DNA of 64,000 nucleotides, from NCBI RefSeq assembly GCF_001194135.2, contig NC_068986.1, positions 76,375,186 through 76,439,185 of the forward strand. The letters are read 5' to 3'. This document shows positions 49,043 through 60,955 of the stretch, in pieces. The notes below the pieces were generated by a model. It was given only the letters and a program-made list of their open reading frames with translations. It was not told the origin of the DNA and made no database searches. The DNA is from Octopus bimaculoides (taxonomy: Eukaryota). A program made the position numbers and the translations under genes. Position 1 is the first letter of the stretch, and the number at the start of each line of letters is the position of its first letter.

Positions 49043-51462
49043 TATTCATTCATCTTTTCTGTAAGAAACACTGATGACTGAAGTTATATAAGAAGCTATA
49101 TTATAATCTATATACTTTGATGTCACAACAACCAATTGTAAAAGATTGTATATTTATTAGGTTTTTCAAGAATAGAACATTATCTTGTCAGGTTGAAACA
49201 ATTGTCTTATAATTAGAGCAATTAGAAACTCTGTAGCTTCGTATATACTGACCATAGGCAGTGGTGTTGCCAAGATGTGGTACATGTGTGGATTAAAGCT
49301 GACCTGCATTCTTCATTAAATTTCTCCTTAATCAGCTGTATATATATATATATATATATATATGGGGAAAATAAAGTTTATCATTTTGTCAAATGTGTTC
49401 TACATTTTCACAATTTTATGCACAGCTAATTTCTGGTGATGTGGTTGAACTGCTATAGTTTGGTTAGATAAATGTTTGTAATAACGGTGCATAGTATACA
49501 GTGAATAGAGTAAAACCTGGAGGCCAAGGTAACTAGTGATGGTTACCTTGACAGCTACATGTTCATCAGGAGTGTTGGAAGAAGAATTTGATAAGTTCAG
49601 TTAGTGTTCATGTGACTGGAAGATAAATGTTGTTTTGATTTATAGGCATATATATGTGTATACTCCCACACACTCCTGGATCTATGTATGTGTCTGTACT
49701 ACTGTGTTTGTGAGTGCCTTCTATCAAAGAGGCTGTCTGTAAATGCATGGCAAGGCTGTGTGGTTAAGAAGTTTACTTCACAATTTCAGAGTTTTGAATT
49801 TGTCCTGACTTTATGGCACCTTGGGCGAGTGTTTACTATCAGAGCCATGGGTTGAGCAAACCTTTGCAAGTGAAACTTGGTCGACAGAAATTGTGTAAAA
49901 CTTGATAGAGATTTTGTTGACTGATTGCATGGATAATTTTATTATTTACTAGCTTGTAACCAAAGCAACACCACCACTTTTGTTCTTCCTCACTCCCAGA
50001 CAAAGGGCAAAGGTTCAAAATGTTAGTGTTCACTCTTTATAGTAGTTGTATTTACTGAACTCTCTTATTGATGTATATATGTCCACTGGTCATAATTGTG
50101 TTTACACGAGGTATGTTTATGAAAAATTTTAGATTTTATTTAGGTCATTATTCTGGGTTTTTTTTTTAATAACAATTCCCAATAGCACAGACTTTCTATA
50201 ATAAAAGTGCACTGAAATTGACTCATGAATGTAAGATGAGATGGTATCTCGATGCACAGGTGTAAAATGTTACATTTCATAATTTTGAAGGTTTTGAACT
50301 GACATAGATTTGGAAGAGACTACAAATAAGACAGTTTGAAAGGTAATACCTGTAAACAAATGAATTGACATGAAAGTTCAAGACTTTTTCATGTTATCAA
50401 CACTAACACATCTACAAATGTTAGTTTTAAGTATACATGCAATATACCTTAGATTCATAATCATGTTGTCCTCTAAATATCAAGGTCATTGTATGTCTCA
50501 CTATGTGTGTGTAATTTGGCAACAAGCTCTTGGTAAAGTTCATTAAAAGCATCAGATCACCCCCCCCACTCCCATATAGATTCATTAATTTCATACAGAC
50601 AATTTCTAAAAGTTAACTTTATAGTCATCAGTAATTAGCCTACATAGAAAACAAAATTTAAAGCTCTCAAAAATTTGATGTTGCATTTCTAATGTTTTTT
50701 TCATATTAATGGGGTTTGAACAGTTTTACAAATCATAATGTTTTCAAGAATTGTTGGAGTAACCGACTTGGTGGTTTTAATATATCTAATTCAGTCCTCC
50801 ATTCCTTGTCATTGGCTTTAAGTTCTAACATTAGCATCATCATCATCATCATTATTATCTTATGCCCCTTTTTTTTATCCCATGCTGACATGGGTTGGAC
50901 GGGTCTCACAGTGCCTCATCATTTACTATAGCCCTTTGCATCTGGCAAAAACCTGATACCTTTGCACAAGAGAGGCCATGTCTGACAAACTAAAAAGTCC
51001 CTGTCTTATCTATGTTAATTTGGCGTGGTCTTTTTTTTTTTTTGTATAGTTTTCACAGCAGGATGCTCTTCCTTTTATTAAACACATAGCATAGATTGAT
51101 AGATTGGATGCAATTTAATCAGACCACCACTAGAAAGTTTGATTGTCTCAATCAAGACTAAAGAGTCCCTTCCACTCTGTGTCTCTTCTGTTTAAGTAAA
51201 TTAAATGTCTAACTTTTTACTTAGCTTCTTGATATCCTCCTTTCTCCTTATCTTCCAAACCTCTTTACCTCATTCACTACTGTGTCATTTCTTATCTCTT
51301 GCACTGACACTGGTCAGTTGGTTACTTGTAGCAGTTTGTCTCTAAAGAGTGCTAATGTTCTTTTATGTTACCTTGATTGAAGTATCCATGACTTGTATGG
51401 AAGCAAACTCATAAAACAATTTACTAAGAAAACTGTAACAAGAATTGTTACGGCCATATCAC

Positions 51463-51583
51463 GCTTACGGCCATATCACGCTGAGAGCACCGGTTCTCGT
51501 CCGATCACCGAAGTTAAGCAACGTTGAGCCTAGTGAGTACTTAGATGGGTGACCGCTTGGAAAACCTAGGTGCTGTAAGCATT
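51463..51583 (+). rRNA. Full-length 5S rRNA sequence (probably a retroposed copy)
   Basis: GCTTACGGCCATATCACGCTGAGAGCACCGGTTCTCGTCCGATCACCGAAGTTAAGCAACG...GATGGGTGACCGCTTGG...GGTGCTGTAAGCATT. The ends pair (GCTTAC/GTAAGC), and box A and box C are recognisable. It is followed by A15 rather than an oligo-T terminator, and it is solitary, not in a tandem array. Confidence 0.9.
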
Positions 51584-51598
51584 AAAAAAAAAAAAAAA

Positions 51599-51750
51599 TC
51601 CAAGGTCGACTTTGCCTTTCATCCTTTCGGGGTCGATAAATTAAGTACCAGTTACGCACTGGGGTCAATGTAATCGACTTATTTCCTTTGTCTGTTCTTG
51701 TTTGTCCCCTCTATGTTTAGCCCCTTGTGGGCAATAAAGAAATAAGAAAA
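51599..51750 (+). mobile_element. Headless family-B SINE body fused to the 5S copy
   Basis: AGGTCGACTTTGCCTTTCATCC...AGCCCCTTGTGGGCAATAAAGAAATAAGAAA is collinear with the body and tail of the complete copy at 55144-55378. Confidence 0.85.
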
Positions 51751-53058
51751 TTTTGACTTCTACCTTTACTTGCTCACAAATAAGTACGAACATGGTTTTT
51801 ATCAAAGTTTGGGGTAAATTTGAGTGTCGACGTTTTTGTTTCAAACTGAAAGTTCTCCTTTTATTGTTTTGTTAATGGCAGTAGAGATTAGCTATCAAGT
51901 GTTATTTCTCTCTCTAATGTTACAAGAACTGACTTGAATACTATTAATATTTAATCATTTTACAAATGCCACTGATGAGAGAAAAGACAAATATAAGCCA
52001 CAATAGAGGCTCTGATTTCAAAGCTTTACTTAAGGGACTTTAATTTTGAATCATACATAATGATTTCATTCATGTTTTCTAAACATGTGATCTCAGCAAT
52101 TGTTGGTAATTAATTTAGCTTTTAACATTTTGAAGCTCCTTTGGCAAATAATTATGCTACTATACTAGGTACATATGTTCACATTTTCTTGAGCCCTGTT
52201 GTCATCTTTGATACCCAATTTCTCTTTTAAATGCTCTAGTTCTTTTCAGTGTATTCAGATCTGTTATGTGTAGAGCAGAATTGAACTTCAACTTTTCTTC
52301 TTTTTATCACATCTTTCTCTTCTGTCATCCTTTCCCACTTATCTACAATGGATATCAGCATTGAATGCTCCCCATTTTAATCAGGAGTGCTGTCAACTTT
52401 GGTACCAATGATTAATGCATGCCTTTTCCCTTACTGCAATTGTTATGTGTTCTTATGAATTTTGTTTTTGTCCTCTTAATGACTTAACGAGAGGAGGAAA
52501 GCAACATCCTTGACTATTCCAGGGCCTCTAAAACTGATGAGAGGAAGTAGAAGTTATCTTCAAATTTGGCCTCTATTCTTATAGTAGTATGGACTCTACT
52601 AAACTCATGCAAGAACCAGATGGTAGGGTTACACCAGCCAATGAATTAAATTTACTGCCTAGGGACAAGAACAGTCCTTATGACTGCTTTCCATGCAGTT
52701 TCACCCTAAGCTATAGTAGAAAACATTTTCCCAATTTACTACTCTTTGGGATCAAAACTGAAGCTACATTGTTGAGGTGAACTTCTAAAACACCTGTCTA
52801 TGTCTTCAGATCTACAGTGGTATTGAGTACTTATATTCTTCTGTTCCTTTTTGATACTCTTTACTCTTTTACTCTTTTACTTGTTTCAGCCATTTGACTG
52901 TGGCCATGCTGGAGCACCGCCTTTAGTCGAGCAAATCGACCCCAGGACTTATTCTTTGGAAGCCTAGTACTTATTCTATCGGTCTCTTTTGCCAAACCAC
53001 TAAGTTACAGGGACGTAAACACACCACCATCGGTTGTCAAGCGTTGGTGGGGGGACAA

Positions 53059-53099
<41 letters not shown>

Positions 53100-54317
53100 N
53101 NNNNNNNNNNNNNNNNNNNNNNNNNNNNNNNNNNNNNNNNNNNNNNNNNNNNNNNNNNNNNNNNNNNNNNNNNNNNNNNNNNNNNNNNNNNNNNNNNNNN
53201 NNNNNNNNNNNNNNNNNNNNNNNNNNNNNNNNNNNNNNNNNNNNNNNNNNNNNNNNNNNNNNNNNNNNNNNNNNNNNNNNNNNNNNNNNNNNNNNNNNNN
53301 NNNNNNNNNNNNNNNNNNCTTACCACACAGCCACTCCTTCTTTTTAATGATTCAAATTTTCAGATTAATTTTTACTTCTTTCACCATTATTAAAAAAAAC
53401 TCCATAATAGTTAATGTAAATTTTTCAATGTGGTTAGCTAACTGGAAAAACTAATGTTATGCAAGCATAAGTTTTATTCTCATCCTATCTAAAACAAGAA
53501 AGTTAATGAAAACAAAGAAATTCTCTTGTATGTTTCTCTTCATAGCTTTTGCATTATCAAATTCTTTCATCTGTTGTTGAAAAATAAACAGCCTATAATA
53601 AATTATTTGGAGGCAATTACCCATCATCACAACTCAGAACACATTCATACACAAGAGCAATTCTTGTAAGGAGAAACTGTCCAGAGTGTAAAATATGTAT
53701 TTTCTTCTTGTGAGTCCAAGTTGCCAATTTCTTCAATTGCAGCTATGTAATTTGTTTCCTTCCACCCATCTTTTCTCAGCAGAGGTTGTTACAAGTCATA
53801 TTCTTGAAGACAAAGCTGTTATAAACATTGTGTGCATTTCTTTCAACTCTCATCATCATAACCATTTTCTTTGCTTTTCCATGTTAGTGTGGGGTGGAAC
53901 TTGTTCTTAGTTGATGTTACTGCTTCCCTAGACAGGTCAAGGATATTTCATTTTTGTTATGATTTCTATGGTTGGATGCTCTTCCTAATGCCACTTTACA
54001 AAATGGATGTACTTTATTATGGCACCGCCCTATTGAAAGTATTTTGATCTCCAACTTACTATAATTCCGTTACTTCTGTACTGTTTACCCTTCATAACTC
54101 CATGTTCATAGTTGCTAAGTCTGATAATGCTATACATTTGTGTGTATGTGTGTGTATAGGTGAAGGCGTGGCAGTGTGGTAAGAAACTTGTTTCCCAACC
54201 ACTTAGTACTGGGTTCAGTCCCATTGTATGGCACCTTGGCAAGTGCTTCTACTATGCCTTGTGCTGACCAAAGCCTCGTGAGTGAATTTGGTAGATAGAA
54301 ACTGAAAGAAGCCCATC

Positions 54318-54366
<49 letters not shown>

Positions 54367-55143
54367 TGTGTGTGTGTGTTTGGTTGTCCCCTCTACCACT
54401 TGACAATCAGCATTGCTGTATTTATGTGCCTGTAACTTAGCGGCTTGGCAAAAAGAGACCAATAGAATAAATACCAGGCCATCTTTTTGTCTGATGAGAA
54501 AGAACACTGCTCTGGATCCTTTTCAGAGTCTCAAAGATTGATGGGAGGAAATCATTCTCAAACTGGAAACCTGGATTAAATGTGGCAACAGTGTTAACTT
54601 TACTAAAGGTGTACACTAGTCCTAACCAGGAGTACCTTCCTCTTCACTCTGAAACCTTATATTCTTCACTCATTTTCCATGTCTTTAGTTTGTTCACCAG
54701 CAATTTCAACTACTCCCTCTGGGCTTTCATATCTTCTGTCAATTGCTAATTCCTAAAAGTCTTGTTAACATGTAATAGTAAACATTGGGGAATATCTAGA
54801 GAGAGAAAAATGTGTGATGGAAGTCTCTAGAAAGTGCTGACTTGATATTGGATAACCTTGGTTGTTTGGTTGATGTGGAAGCAGTACTCTGTAAGGATAA
54901 ATAGGAATTGATTAATCATGAGGCAATTTAGTTGACATAGTAACGTTGTACATACATCATTTTATATATACATGCATGTCCTTGTATTTACATTATCAAA
55001 TGTGTCTATAGAAAATTATATACAATATGTTTTCATCATCATTTAGCATCTGTATTCCAAGCTGACATGGGCTGAACCTTTTGACAGGCTTTGACAATTT
55101 AAAAGACTGTGTCAAGCTCTAACGTCAGTTTTGGCATAGTTTC

Positions 55144-55378
55144 TTATTTCTTTATTACCCACAAGGGGCTAAGCATAGAGGGGATAAACAAGGACAGACA
55201 AACGGATTAAGTCAATTACATCGACCCCAGTGTGTAACTGGTACTTAATTTTTCGACCCTGAGAGGATGAAAGGCAAAGTTGACCTCAGTGGAATTTGAA
55301 CTCAGAACGTAACGGCAGATGAAATACCGTTAAGCATTTCGCCCAGCGTGCTAACGTTTCTGCCAGCTCGCTGCCTTT
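55144..55378 (-). mobile_element. Complete family-B tRNA-derived SINE with 18-bp TSD
   Basis: Minus strand: head GGCAGCGAGCTGGCAGAAACGTTAGC...GTTCAAATTCC, body, tail AATAAAGAAATAA. TSD CAGTTTTGGCATAGTTTC at 55126-55143 and 55389-55406. Confidence 0.9.
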
Positions 55379-58109
55379 GATCCTTCTGCAGTTTTGGCAT
55401 AGTTTCTGTGGATGGATGATCTTTCTAAATATTAGATATATTCAATCTTGGTGTGAAAATATAAATCAAAAGAGTGGACAAACCAAAAGAGCTTTGAAAG
55501 CTTAGAGAGTAAAGTATTTGCTCAACTAGTTTGCATTTCTTAACTGTTAAGAACAATATGTTATTAACTAAATAATGGATTCAGATTTTGGAATAAAGCC
55601 AGCAATATGAGGGGTGGGGTAAGTTAATTGCATTGACCCCAGTACTCAACTGGTAGATGAAAGGCAAAGTTGACCTTGGCAGAATTTGAACTCAGAATGT
55701 AAAGAGCCAGAACAAATGCCGCTAAATATTTTGTCTGATGCATTAACAGCTCTGTCACTTTGCCGCCTTTTGTCTACTAAATAATGTAATGTACTTACTA
55801 CTCAGTGTTCCTCTCCAGTCTAAACTTTACATCCAGTGGATTTATTGTCAACTCTAAAAAGATTAAGTGAGAACAATGAAATACTATCCGATATCTTGTT
55901 CACTGCCCTTGTTTCTGTGTCAAATGCATATCTTAACTAACTATTAAAGAGACCTTGTTTTAAATATATCTTTTATAGTAGCTATACATAGATACACAAA
56001 CATACTGACAGTCTTAATCCATTCAAAATATTTCTATATCCTTATTTAAACATTCACCATTCATTGCTATTGTTTCATCTATAAAGCTACTGTCAATTTT
56101 TCAGTGCTACAACAAAAGAAACCATTCTCTTATCAACTTGTTTTAACTATTACAAATATTTTCAGTTAAAACTACTCCATTTTTTTATTTTTTACAGTTA
56201 ACATTTAAATCTTTCGAGGTAGACGTAGGTCATTCTTGCTATTTGCTCAAGCTGGTTTAAAAAAGAGGACATTGTTTATATATATTTATACATGTGTACA
56301 TCTATTTACAATCAACATGCTTAAGTGGATTAAATACAGCATTCTGCCTTCATTAGAAAAAGTGTTAATATGTCAGAAGTGGTTTTTATGTAAGATACAC
56401 TAATCTGGTTGTTGTTTAACCAATTAAGCACTATTTCAGTGATAAACAAGCAAAGTACAAATGAATAGAAATCATACAGATGCTCTGTGACTATTTTGTT
56501 ATCATGTTGCTTAATTCCTTGTCGGTCCCGATCAAGCAGAAATTATGATCAAAATTATTCCAGCCACATCTTATTCAGGCATAGCATAGCTACAACCAAA
56601 TTATCAGTTGTGTTCAGGGATCACATAGAGTTTTGCTCATTGGTTCATGTATTTTCTTTTATCATGTACTTGTTTCAGTCATTTGGTTGCAGCCATGCTG
56701 GAGCACTGCCTTGAAGGGTTCTAGTTGAAGGAATCAACCCCAGTACTTATTTTTTTAAAAATCTGGTATTTATTCTGTTGATCTTTTTTTTGCCAAACTG
56801 CCAAGTTAGGAAGACATAAACTAACCAACACTGGTTGTCAAACAGTGGTGGATGACAAACACGGGGACACACACATACACATGCACATACGTATATGCAT
56901 ATACATATATGTGTGCACACACATCATCATCATTTAGCGTTTGCTTTCCATGATGGCATGGGTTAGACGGTTTGACTGAAACTGGTAAGCTGGAGGGCTA
57001 CACCAGCTTCCAGTCCAATTTGGTATGATTTCTATGGCTGGATGCCCTTCTTAACGCCAACCACTCCAAGAGTGCAATGGGTGCTTTTTACATGCCACTG
57101 GCACAGGTACCAGTTACATGACACTAGCATCGGCTATGACTATTTCACTTGGCTTGACAGGTCTTCTCAAGCATAGCATGTTGCCAGAGGTCTTGGTCAC
57201 TTATCATTGCCTCCGTGAGACCCAATGTTCAAAGAGACTTCTCAATATATATATCTATATATATATCTTTATCTTTTACTTGTTTCAGTCATTTGACTGC
57301 AGCCATGCTGGAGCACCGCCTTGAACGATTTTAGTCAAACAAATCAATCCCATGACTTATTTTTTTAAAGCCTTGTACTTATTCCATTGGTCTCCTTTGC
57401 CGAACTACTAAGTTATGAGGATGTACACAGCAACACTGGTTGTCAAATGGTGGTGGTGGTGGTGGGGGAAAACATAGACACAAAGAGACACACACATAGA
57501 TATATACATATATATATATATATATNNNNNNNNNNNNNNNNNNNNNNNNNNNNNNNNNNNNNNNNNNNNNNNNNNNNNNNNNNNNNNNNNNNNNNNNNNN
57601 NNNNNNNNNNNNNNNNNNNNNNNNNNNNNNNNNNNNNNNNNNNNNNNNNNNNNNNNNNNNNNNNNNNNNNNNNNNNNNNNNNNNNNNNNNNNNNNNNNNN
57701 NNNNNNNNNNNNNNNNNNNNNNNNNNNNNNNNNNNNNNNNNNNNNNNNNNNNNNNNNNNNNNNNNNNNNNNNNNNNNNNNNNNNNNNNNNNNNNNNNNNN
57801 NNNNNNNNNNNNNNNNNNNNNNNNNNNNNNNNNNNNNNNNNNNNNNNNNNNNNNNNNNNNNNNNNNNNNNNNATATATATTACAGTTACGTTGAAACAAG
57901 TGATACAAGAAAGTGCAGCATTCACGACTAAACATTTGTGGAGTAAATGATGAGCTAATTTGACTAAGCAACATACCATGCGTCCATTTGGAGTATTCCA
58001 AGCCCTAACCTGTCATGGAAAATTGGGGGTGGGTGGGGTATGTGGTTTTTGAATGCACCAAAAAGCTGTCAGTGGATATACTCTCCTTTGTGGCAGTCGG
58101 CACTGCATC

Positions 58110-59565
58110 TTACACGACCCATCATCTGAAGTTTTGACACCTCCTTTGGGTTTGTTGTCCTTTCTCACTCATAAAGTAAATTTGGAGGAACTGTGGTTGT
58201 TCATTTGTGAGTAACAGGGAACCAATGATGTGATAGCCTTGCCTTTGAACTTTGAACATCGACGTAAATCCATGTTCAATTATCTCCTTAGATGCACCAA
58301 ACGATGTCCTTTGAAATGCAGAATTGTACTGTGTGATATTGTTCAGGAAATCTTTTGACTGGATGGAAGTGCCTTCCAGAAATCCATAAGAGGTTGGGGA
58401 GGAGCTGGCAATGTTAACTTACCGCCTGAGCAGCACATCCCATTAGTTTCATCTGGAAATTTTAAAGCTTTGCACAAATGACAATTTTAGTTTAGCACAC
58501 CAGTTTGGACAAAATTATCATTTTTATAAGAATGGGATGGATCATATCTGAAAGCAGCTCCAGGAGTTGTGAAGAATGAATTTGTATGTAGTCNNNNNNN
58601 NNNCTGAAAGCAGCTCCAGGAGTTGTGAAGAATGAATTTGTATGTAGTCTGTTTCTGAGAGCTATTCTATTGGACCTCTGTGTAATCTGGCATACTAAAT
58701 GTTGTTTTAATGATTCAGCATTAAGTGCGCTGCAGCATGCCTTTGCTGATCTTGGAAAAGTCTCATCTGCCTTCTCTCTTGAGACTGCATGTGACTTGCT
58801 GCAGCATGCATTTGCTGATCTTGGGAAAGACTCATTTCCCTTCTCTCTTGAGATTCCATCTGATATGCTGCAGCATGCCTTTGTTGATCTTGAGAAGGTC
58901 TCATCTCGCTTCTGTCTTGAGACTCCATTTGACATGCTGCTGCATTTGTTTGCTGATCTTGAGAAAGTCTCATCTCTTTTCTCTCTTGAGACTCCATTTG
59001 ATGTGCTGCAGCATGCGTTTGGTGATCTTGAGAAAGTCTCATCTCCCTTCTCTCTTGAGACTCTCACGTTCAGTTCTCTACAATCTTCCTTGCTTTATAC
59101 TTATTTCTGGAGAGATTACGTCTTTTCTTTGGTGGCATATTTTTTTCAACATTGTGAACAAAAATTATGAACATAGAAAAAATTACACATTAATCTCTAT
59201 TTTTGTAAGCAGTTGTATATATGTAGTATGTCTTTATTTTTGCATGCAGTATAAATTAACCAAATAGAAGCACATGTATGAACTGTTAATTTTCTTTAGA
59301 AATAAGATGATCTTAGCATTATCACATTAGATTTAAAAATGAAACAATATTATATCACATTGTAATATAGATCTCATTCTTTCACTTTTGACATGTAATA
59401 CCAAACCAGTGCCTATGTTATGTTGTTTTAATCCAAATGAAAAAAACAATTACATGTTGACACTCTTGGGGTCTGATACTATTACCTAGTAAAATTTAAT
59501 TTGATTTGGTCAAGCCGTTTGAAAATGCAAAGACAGACAGATAAAGAATTTTATATATATATAGA
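58110..59565 (-). mobile_element. Helitron relic: 5' terminus plus N-terminal part of the Rep/helicase ORF
   Basis: The minus strand starts TCTATATATATAAAA...TCTGTCTGTC...AAACGGCTTGACCAAAT at 59565. Charged 23-aa repeats are followed by CKALKFPDETNGMCCSGGK, YNSAFQRTSFGA, FKVQ..GYHIIGSLL and FLQIYF, classic Helitron N-terminal motifs; frameshifted. Confidence 0.85.
58730..59065. repeat. 69-bp tandem repeat (~5 copies) inside the Helitron ORF
   Basis: CTGCAGCATGC anchors recur every 69 nt (58730, 58799, 58868, 58937, 59006); the unit translates on the minus strand as MRLSQDxQxHAAAxQMESQERxE. Confidence 0.95.
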
Positions 59566-59863
59566 AGATAGATAGATAGATGATGGGCTTCTTTCAGTTT
59601 CTATCTACCAAATAAACTCAGAAAGCCGTGGACAGTCTGGGGCTGTAGTAGCAGATAGTTGTCCAATGTCTCATACTATGGGACTGAACTCAGACCCATG
59701 TGGTTGGGAAACAAAGTTTTTACCATACAGCCACTCCTGCACCTATGTTGATAAATTTCATAAACAGTTAGATTGATGATGTCAGTAATGAACACTTTGA
59801 CTTCATGCTGTATCTCTACAGCAAGACAGCTTCACACAACACATACTTCTCCTAGTTATATAT

Positions 59864-60660
59864 AGGGTGGGTGAAAAGTAAGTAGGCATTAAGGATTGTT
59901 AATAAAATCCATATTTCTTTTACAAATTTATTGAAACAAATTGTACATGTTCTTTATTACATGGGAAAGTGAAAGTAAATCTTCATAATTCAACGTAAGC
60001 ACCAATGGCATCAACAAGTTTCTTCAAACAGCCAGGGATGGAATGAACAAACTTCTGAAGGATGTCATCTGGGATATCATTGAGAACCTCCTGAATCCAT
60101 ATCTCCAAGTCCTTCTGTGTGCAAGGTTTTGTCTTGTGCACCTCTTTTGTGTAACCCCACAAGTAAAAATCACATGGAGTGAGATCTGGACTTCTTGGAG
60201 TTCTGGACTTCTTGGAGTTCTGGACTTCTGGACCTCTGCAGTCACAGTCTTCAAGTTTTAGCTCCTGCACATAATGGGGTTTCCATGGACGAAAATTCAA
60301 TTCTTTATGCAACACCGTATGTATTGTGTGTTTTGTTAGTCCACTTTCATGAGGTGCTTGATGTGTTGATTTTTGCAGGCTGCAATTAAATATTTCCTGC
60401 ACTGTTGCCACATTCTCTGCTGATTGGGATGTGGTTGGATGACAACTTCTTCTTGCATTGTTCTCTGAGCCTGTAGTCATCAGCTTTGGATGACAACTTG
60501 TTATTGTCTCTGGATGTAGTGTTGTATGCTTACCTTTCCATGCATGCCACCATCTCTGAACCAAAACAATGGAATTCCACACTTTATAGTGTGCTGCTAT
60601 CTTAGCTCACTCCTGAACAGTCAAGCGACCGACCATCTGGAAAATAAGATATAAGAAAAT
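59864..60660 (-). mobile_element. Internally deleted Tc1/mariner transposon
   Basis: ORF 59983-60582 has HTH-region motifs (LHKELNFRPWKPHYVQEL) joined directly to PRSPDLTPCDFYLWGY; the catalytic middle is missing. One TIR-like end (TA|TAGGGTGGGTGAAAAGT) lies at ~59864. Confidence 0.75.
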
Positions 60661-60884
60661 AAGAAATCCTCATTAGTGTTTTCTATTTAAAAAGTGTTTT
60701 CGTCATGACTTCAGTGATACTAAAAATTCTGTAAAAATTAATGGACAACAAGAGGACATGCACAAGAAATGTATTAGTTTGATGCTTGGTGAAAAGAGTG
60801 AGTTTGATGTTTCAAGCATAGCTCTTAGTCAGAAAGGAGAAAAGAAAAAGAAATTGCCAACAGCATGTGTGTAATTACATTGTA

Positions 60885-60897
60885 TATATATATATAT

Positions 60898-60953
<56 letters not shown>
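60885..60953. repeat. (TA)n microsatellite
   Basis: Direct reading of the sequence. Confidence 0.95.

Positions 60954-60955
<2 letters not shown>

Noticed and set aside
50598-50635. Minus-strand CTGATGA...GAAA..GTC hammerhead-like spacing
   Set aside because: The stem I and stem II closing pairs fail; chance match.
52990-58001. Long ORFs at 53000-53454 and 57387-58001 (also 9421-9849 and 14520-14867)
   Set aside because: Their length comes from N runs translated as X and from (TA)n microsatellites; not coding.
58548-58651. 46-bp direct repeat across a 10-N gap inside the Helitron
   Set aside because: Same assembly-overlap artefact.
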